This document shows positions 56,988 to 64,000 of a DNA stretch of 64,000 nucleotides, piece by piece. The stretch lies in contig NC_043000.1 in assembly GCF_006345805.1 (NCBI RefSeq), positions 164,362,001-164,426,000 on the forward strand, given 5' to 3'. The stretch's first letter is position 1; each line of letters starts with the position of its first letter. Source of the stretch: Octopus sinensis. Taxonomy: Eukaryota. Made by a program: the position numbers and the translations under genes. The notes below the pieces were generated by a model. It did not search any database. It worked only from the letters and a program-made list of their open reading frames with translations, and was not told the origin of the DNA.

Positions 56988-57451
56988 AAATTCGATGACT
57001 GGTACCCGTGCCAATGGAGCGCTAACAGCTCCATCTGAACGGGATCACTGCAAGAGCAGCTGTCTGGCTTCTATGCTGGTGGCACATAAAAAGCACCATT
57101 TGAGCGTGATCGTTACCAGCGTCACCTTACTGGCACTTGTGCCGGTGGCATGTGAACAGAACATTCGAGTGAGGTCGTTTCCAGTGCCGCTGGACTGACT
57201 CCTGTGCAGGTGGCATGTAAAAAACACCATTTGAGCATGGCCATTGACAGTACCACCAGACTGGCCCTCGTGCCGGTGGCATGTAAAAGCACCCACAACA
57301 CGCCCGGAGCGGTTGGCGTTGGAAAGGGCATCCAGCTGTAGAAACTCTGCCAGATCAGATTGGAGTCTGGTGCAGCCATCTGGTTCGCCAGTCCTCAGTC
57401 AAATCGTCCAACCCATGCTAGCATGGAAAGTGGACGTTAAATGATGATGAT
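56988..57451 (+). mobile_element. RTE LINE 3' UTR fragment with (GAT)n tail
   Basis: Repeated GTGCCGGTGGCA(C/T)GTAAAAAGCACC units and terminal region as in 9780-10256. Confidence 0.85.
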
Positions 57452-57890
57452 ATATAAAAAAAATTACCAAAATGTCGAATCAAGTTCTGAAAATGCAATT
57501 TTTCACTTTTTGTATATATAAATGCTTTCCCAAATAAAATTGTGCTTCATTTCTTGAGCTCTGATGAAGCTATAAGGTGATAAACAAGCATTCAAATATG
57601 AGTACATTGCAACTAATATTAGAAACAGCTGCAAGCTAATAAAGTTCATGAAATAATTTCTTTTTCCCTTGTCATATTTATGATTTCTCTGCTGCTTTCT
57701 ATGAATAACAGAAATCATAATGAAGCATTTTTCATTTCTTTTTATCGTTCACCTTCTGTTTATTCATTCAATGTCTGTTGTTCTTTCAATAATAGAGCTG
57801 CAACAGTCAGTGCTTAATGAACCTTACAACCATCTCCTTTGCATGGATAATGTGTTTATATGCATGTGTGTGTGTGTGTGTGTGTATATA

Positions 57891-58284
57891 TAAATCATAA
57901 AAAGTGAGGAGGTATGAGAGATGAATGTATTTATTTAATCACTTGACGTCCTTTTAGGGTTACAGCCATTTTGCTGCCTTCTTCGTGCAGTAATAATTTC
58001 AGTGCAAAATAAAGTTGTTTACATGTTTGTATTAATGTGCATACTGTGCATTATACAATGCAGTTGTATATTCACAAATCAGTGCAGATAGAGAAAGGCA
58101 GCTCATCAGATCTCCAGAACATCATAGTTACACCAATAATACATATCAATGCAAACAGATAAACATAATTTTATTTTACACTGAACTTATTGCATGAAGT
58201 AGGCTATGAAGAAAGCTGTAATCTTAAGGATGTCAAGTGATTAAATACATTAATTTCTCATACCTCCTCACTTTTTATGGTTTA
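57891..58284. mobile_element. Fold-back MITE with ~150-bp imperfect inverted arms
   Basis: CATAAAAAGTGAGGAGGTATGAGA / TCTCATACCTCCTCACTTTTTATG and further paired blocks to ~58042 / 58141. Confidence 0.8.
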
Positions 58285-58644
58285 TTTACTCCTCATGAAC
58301 AATTTCATTGATTATATCTTCTGAATGGACTTTGCATTATACTTCTCTGTATTGGATTACTATGTAGTTTGATAGCCAAGTCTCTTAGAGTAGCTTTCAG
58401 TAATAGCCACATGGGTCTCTGAATATAGAAGACATTTAGTAGTGCTCAAATGATTCAGACTTCGACTCTGATGTCTTTACAGGGGATTAATTTTGCAGAG
58501 TAAAGAATGACTATAAGAGGGATCAAGTGGAGCAGATAAACAAAAATTAGATACATTTGCATGTATACAAATTTTGGACTTCATACCTGAACTGTTATAT
58601 TTAGTATACCTAATTTGTTTATCTGCATAATTGATTCTCTCTCT

Positions 58645-58674
<30 letters not shown>

Positions 58675-58675
<1 letters not shown>

Positions 58676-58820
58676 TCATCATCGTTTAACATCCGCTTTC
58701 CATGTTAGCATGGGTTGGACGATTTGACTAAGGCCTGGCGAACTAGATGGCTGCACCAGACTCCAATCTGATCTGGCAGAGTTTCTATAGCTGGATGCCC
58801 TTCCTAACGCCAACCACTCT
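58675..58820 (-). mobile_element. RTE LINE 3' tail, inverted relative to 57310-57451
   Basis: CATCATCATCGTTTAACATCCGCTTTCCATG... reverse complement of the tail. Confidence 0.85.
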
Positions 58821-59990
58821 GAGATAGTGTGTGTGTGTATATATATATACTTGTGTCTGTGTTTTGTATCTTCTTGTCTTGACATCACATAATAGTTGTA
58901 AGTTAGTTTCACTGTCATACAAGCAATGTTATTCATTTCCAATATTCCACAAAAAACGTTTCTGGCCTTGGGAGAATATGGGAAAATCACCTTGCTTGGA
59001 AACAGGTGAGGGTTGATAGCAAGAAGGGCATCCAGCAGTAGAAAGTCTACTTTGATAGACTTTGTTCAAATCATGCAAGCATGAAAAAGTGGACATAAAA
59101 AGAGGATGATGATGAGATATAAATATATATGTATGTATGTGTAAAGATTGAGGAGGTTTGGAGAAGTGCCCATGACTTTTGCATCTCCTTGCAGTGGTTA
59201 TATTAATATTCTTTCTGCACATTTTGAACAATTGAAATGCAAAATAGTTGAATACACCCTACAAAATATAAATAAATCAATCAATTGCTCATTAAAAATC
59301 ATGTTGATGTTAGACCCATTTTTAGTAGTTATTGTCTTTTAATCATAAATTCTGACTTCTTTTTTCTGGTTTTTAAAAACACTATTGATTTCATTTGAGA
59401 AGAAAAGCAAAGCCTCTTTTTTATTTTTGTTAGGAAGAATCACAGATTTTTTAATACTGATTTTTTTTTAAAGCAGATTGAATTTGAAGCAGGCGTTTAG
59501 AAATGTCAAATGTCAAAATGGGGAAATATAGAGTCTGGCATTCTGGTACTTTGACCAACTCACTGATCTTCCTTTGAATAATATTGATTTCTTTTTTATA
59601 TAGATAAATTGCTTTAGATTTACAGGGTGAATGGAAGTAAAACTGTGATAATTGTTTTTCTAGTGAGTTAACAGTGTAGTTATAATCAGGAATTGGAAAG
59701 CAATTGTGTATTGAAGTCAGTGGCACTTAACTCTGTAGAGTAATAGTAAACTTCAATAGATAAGTGAAAGAATATAAAGATCTAGCTCAGTTGAATACTG
59801 ACTCTTTCCAAATAGTCACAAGAAGGGTGTAATCAATTAAATTAACCAAATGGATAATTGATATAAATTTTATCAATCTTGGAATAACGAAAAGCCAAGT
59901 CAGCCCTGACGGAATTTTGAACTCAAGAACATTGAAAGATAAGACTTATCACTGTTAGTCACACTTCAGTCACACACCTGCCTTCAATAA

Positions 59991-60410
59991 CATCATCATC
60001 ATCATTTAATGTCTTTTCTATGCTGGCATGGGTTGGACGGTTTGACAGGAACTGGCCAGCTGACGACCTGCCCAGGCTCCATGTCTGTTTTGGCATGGTT
60101 TCTATGGTGTGATGCCCTTTCTAACACCAAACACTTTACGGAGTGTATTGGGGGCTTTTACACAGCACTGGCATGAGCACTTTTTTGTGGCACTAGCAGG
60201 GATGGTTTTTTTGTTTTTTTTTACATGGCACCAACACCCATGAGCCTACAAGATTAAGATGAAGCGGGATGTAGGGAGCATTCTTGTATGCGAGGACAGC
60301 CACAAATTTACTTAGTTTGATGTGCCTTCTCAAGCACAGCAAACTGCCAGAAGTTTCAGTCCCTGTCTTCCCATCTGTGAGGGCCATCATCAGAAGATCC
60401 TTTCTTGTTG
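59991..60410 (-). mobile_element. RTE LINE 3' fragment
   Basis: (CAT)n start, CATGGGTTGGACGG, GATGCCCTTTCTAACACCAA. Confidence 0.75.
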
Positions 60411-63400
60411 ATTTTACTACTTCCTAAATCAGACAGAGAACCCTATACTTCAAGTACAGTGGTTAAATAGCTGGTGAAATGTTCTTTTGCTTTAACTCGG
60501 CCCTCATCAGAGGCAACCTGGTCATAAAATTCTGTCTTTTAGATGTGGAGGATAAGGACTACAGTATCTCTTTTCCCTAATTTAAAACGATAGGGTGTGA
60601 TTTGAAAAACTACTACAGACTAGTCATAAGCTTCTAATATTTACGAGTGTAATATACATATATTTATGTTTTAATTCCAATATATATTTATATGTGTATG
60701 TATGTATTAGAAGTCTGTGTTCAAATAGCATGGTATAGTTAATTGTATTATCCTTTGTAATTTAGTATTTGTTGTATTGATCCCAGATAAATTGTATGTG
60801 GAGATAACCCTGATAGCATTTTAACTCAAAAGCATGAAATTAGATACTAATACTGTTTCTGTTTTCTAAGTAAATCCATTTGAGCAGAAGAATGAGTTTT
60901 TTATGATATTCGTGTCTTTTTTTTTTTTTTGAGGCATTAATGAAATAATTCGGCTACAGTGAAATAACTTGAAATTAAAGCAGATTATTGATTAGATTCA
61001 TTAGTTATTTATCCAATTTAACTGAATATTGATTTTTTTTTTGTTAGATACAATGGCTAATATTTGTTGGAGATATGTCCTTAATCGGGCTGTACTTTTA
61101 AGTAATTATTAAGTGCAGGTATGCCTGTTTGTTGAGAAATTCACTTCCCAGCCATGTGGTTTTGGGTTCACTCCTACTGCACAGCACATTAGGCAAGTGT
61201 CTTCTATTATACCCTGCAGGTTGGCCAAGGCCTTGTGAGTGGATATGGTTGACAGAAATGAAAAGAGACTGTTGTGTGCGTTTGTTTCCTTAATTCTGCA
61301 ATATCTTGTATAGAAGTGTGACAAGGTGTTGTTAGTTTCTGTTAACAAATTGTTTGGTCATTTTGTGCCTTCAAAGATGTGTGGAAAGGAGATCCTTTAT
61401 AAGAAAAGCAGTTAAGGGATATCATCAGGAAGGGCATCTAGCTGTAAAACAATACCTCAAAATAACATCTGCCTTACCCATGGAAAAACAGCTATAAAAC
61501 AAATGAACTAATGGCAGAACTACAGAGTTCTGAACTAGTACTGCTAGTTTATTACATTCTGAGATGAAAATCTCAGATCTCAAAAGAGTTAACTTTTCCT
61601 TTTGTTCCTCTGTTTTATGAAATGAGATTTAGTAGTTTACTAAGTTTTTATTCACTTGACTGTACCTCTTCCTTATAATGCTTTGGCTTTGTGCAAATGT
61701 TGGTGCATGGTAGTTTGATATGGACATTAAAACTCTGGAGAGAAACTAAATGTAGTCTGTAGATATATTAATCTACATAACAAAGGACCAAGATACCTGG
61801 TACCTTGTTGTACTCAAGAAGACCCATCCTCTATAGCAGAAGTGTTAAGGTTTCTCCCCTCTGTTGAAGAGGATTGGCCTGCAAGAGTCCTATGCTGGTG
61901 CCACATAAAAAGCACTCATACCAACGTTACGTTAAAAGCACCCAGCACATTGTAAAGTGGTTGATGTAAGGAAGGGCATCAAGCCATAGAAAGTAACCCA
62001 AACCCGACTGGAACTTGATGCAGTCCTTCTTTAAAAACCAGAAGACAAATGTAGTGAGAGCAAGGCACCAGCTGATACATACAAGGGAGTCTACCGCATG
62101 ATGTAAATGGGTGATGAGTGCAAAATGAAAAAGAGATGTGTTGTCAAAGGAAGATACGTGTAAGAAAGTAGTGAGGTCAAATCTCAGGATGCTGGGTTCC
62201 TCTTATTAAATAAAAGATGGAGACAAATGGTGGTGATATGTTATCCAGTAGACTTGTGCAAGAAAGGAAAATGGTTGTTGATGCTGATCAAATGTTGCCA
62301 TCTATTGCTCTAACACTACTGCATTAGTTAAAATATTGATTTCTTTTGACTAGTAAATATTGTGCCAAGGAAGAAACAGTCAAGTGATTTAATCCTAGAA
62401 CAATACTGGTGCCTATTTTATTGACGGACTGGAGGGATAAAGAATTTGCTCCTGTGGGATTTGAGTTTTGAATGTTGAACAACAAAACTATATATTGTTA
62501 GGCATTAATCTTTGCCAGCATGCTGGCCTAAAGTTAATAAAATATTAATGATATTTCTTACTTCTCCTTGTCAATAGGAATCATAATCATGACATAGTGA
62601 GTTTGATTCCCAGACCAAGCTATGTTGTGTTCTTGAGCAAAACACTTTATTTCAGGTTGCTCCAGTTCATTCAGCTGTAGAAGTGAGTTGCGACATCACT
62701 GGTGCCAAGCTGTATCGGCCCCTTTACCTTTCCCTTGGATAGCATCAGTGGCATGGAAAGGGGAGGCTTATATGCATGGATGGCTGCTGGTTTCCATAAA
62801 TAAACGTGCTTGAACTTGTATCTCAGAGGGGAACCTTCTAGTTGCAATCCCATGATCATTTATGACCAAAGGGTTCTTTACCCTTTTAGGAATCATGTGA
62901 ATAGACCTAATGTAAAAGAGACTTACTCTTGGCAGAATCTAATGTTTGAAGGGCATTTTAAAGCATCATGGGTACCACATTCCCCTTTGATTAAATGATT
63001 AAAAAAAAAAGAAGACATCTAGACTTCTCCCTGTATATCTACGTATTGGGCTAGTCTACTTCATTGTCTGGGGGTGTTGACACAACAACATGGTACATAT
63101 TTTATTGACAATGTTGGGATGAAGGGTAATGTTGACCTTGAACACAAATGTAGTACAATGAAACTACTGTTGAATATTTAGTTTGATAGCTTACTGTTTC
63201 TGCTACTTCATCACCCTAAATATTCTTATCAAGGGACATGTTTGATGCAATTTGGAACTAAATTTACTTGTTCCATTTTATACAGTCATAGTCATTATTG
63301 TATGGAAGATCATAGCAAATTGTCACAGACCTCTCCGGCCTACACTAGCATGGAGCAACATGCTTCTCTACTTGGTTGTTTGACCTGCTTGAAATAGCAA

Positions 63401-64000
63401 CCAAATTACCTTCAATCATACCTACTGTTTTAGAAAAAAACACAGCCACATTAGATAAACTGATCCTTGATCAACAGAATGAGGGGTCAGTTGTAGCTGG
63501 AACATCTTTGAAGCCTGCTTGATTAGAACTGACTTTTAGCTAAGCAACTCTTTATTACCAAACCAGTGAAAGTATCAATGATCATTTGACTCACTAGAAA
63601 AAGTAGTCAAATCTCTCTTAAATCACAGCTGATCATCTTAAAGGAGACATTAGACAATATAAGCCTAGAAAAATTTGAAGAATGGTTCATGATTGAAATG
63701 GATTTGATTCTAAACAGTTTCAATTGTTGCTAAGCAACAACAATAGAATGGAAGAACATGTAAAAATCAATAGTGAAGACAACATCGACAATTAGTGATA
63801 GTAGTGAAAACATTTGAAATGTTGATGACAACTTTCACTGCTATTTATCGCAAATGAAGTACGGCTCTCATTTCACAGCTGAGGGATTCTTGTCATTCAT
63901 TTTTCTCATTGAAAATGGAATTTTAACAGATTTATTGATATTTAGGTCAAGCTTTGTCCTAGTTTACCAATTTTTCAAAACCACTGTGAAAGTACATAAC

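Overview
AT-rich eukaryotic (metazoan) genomic DNA. The SINE and RTE-LINE families look like those of coleoid cephalopods (Octopus); this is my recognition, not a database result. The main gene is a complete 13-exon TRAM1 (translocating chain-associated membrane protein) on the minus strand (CDS 45718->13084, 1113 nt, 370 aa, all GT-AG introns with consistent phases). It converges on the last two coding exons of a claudin/PMP22-like tetraspan gene on the plus strand (3183-3326, 6858-7228). Upstream of TRAM1 is a CpG-rich, probably bidirectional promoter with a candidate first exon of an unidentified plus-strand gene. The rest is transposon debris: RTE and CR1/L2-type LINEs, a Penelope GIY-YIG fragment, piggyBac, mariner and hAT remnants, several MITE/foldback elements and tRNA-derived SINEs. 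I found no clearly new multi-gene system. The best leads are a minimal hammerhead-ribozyme cassette inserted in-frame into a LINE RT, a PHD finger embedded in an RTE reverse transcriptase, several long intronic fold-back structures (candidate ADAR substrates) and a head-to-tail SINE chain. Most ORFs in the supplied track are spurious. All coordinates were read by eye; repeat boundaries are approximate.
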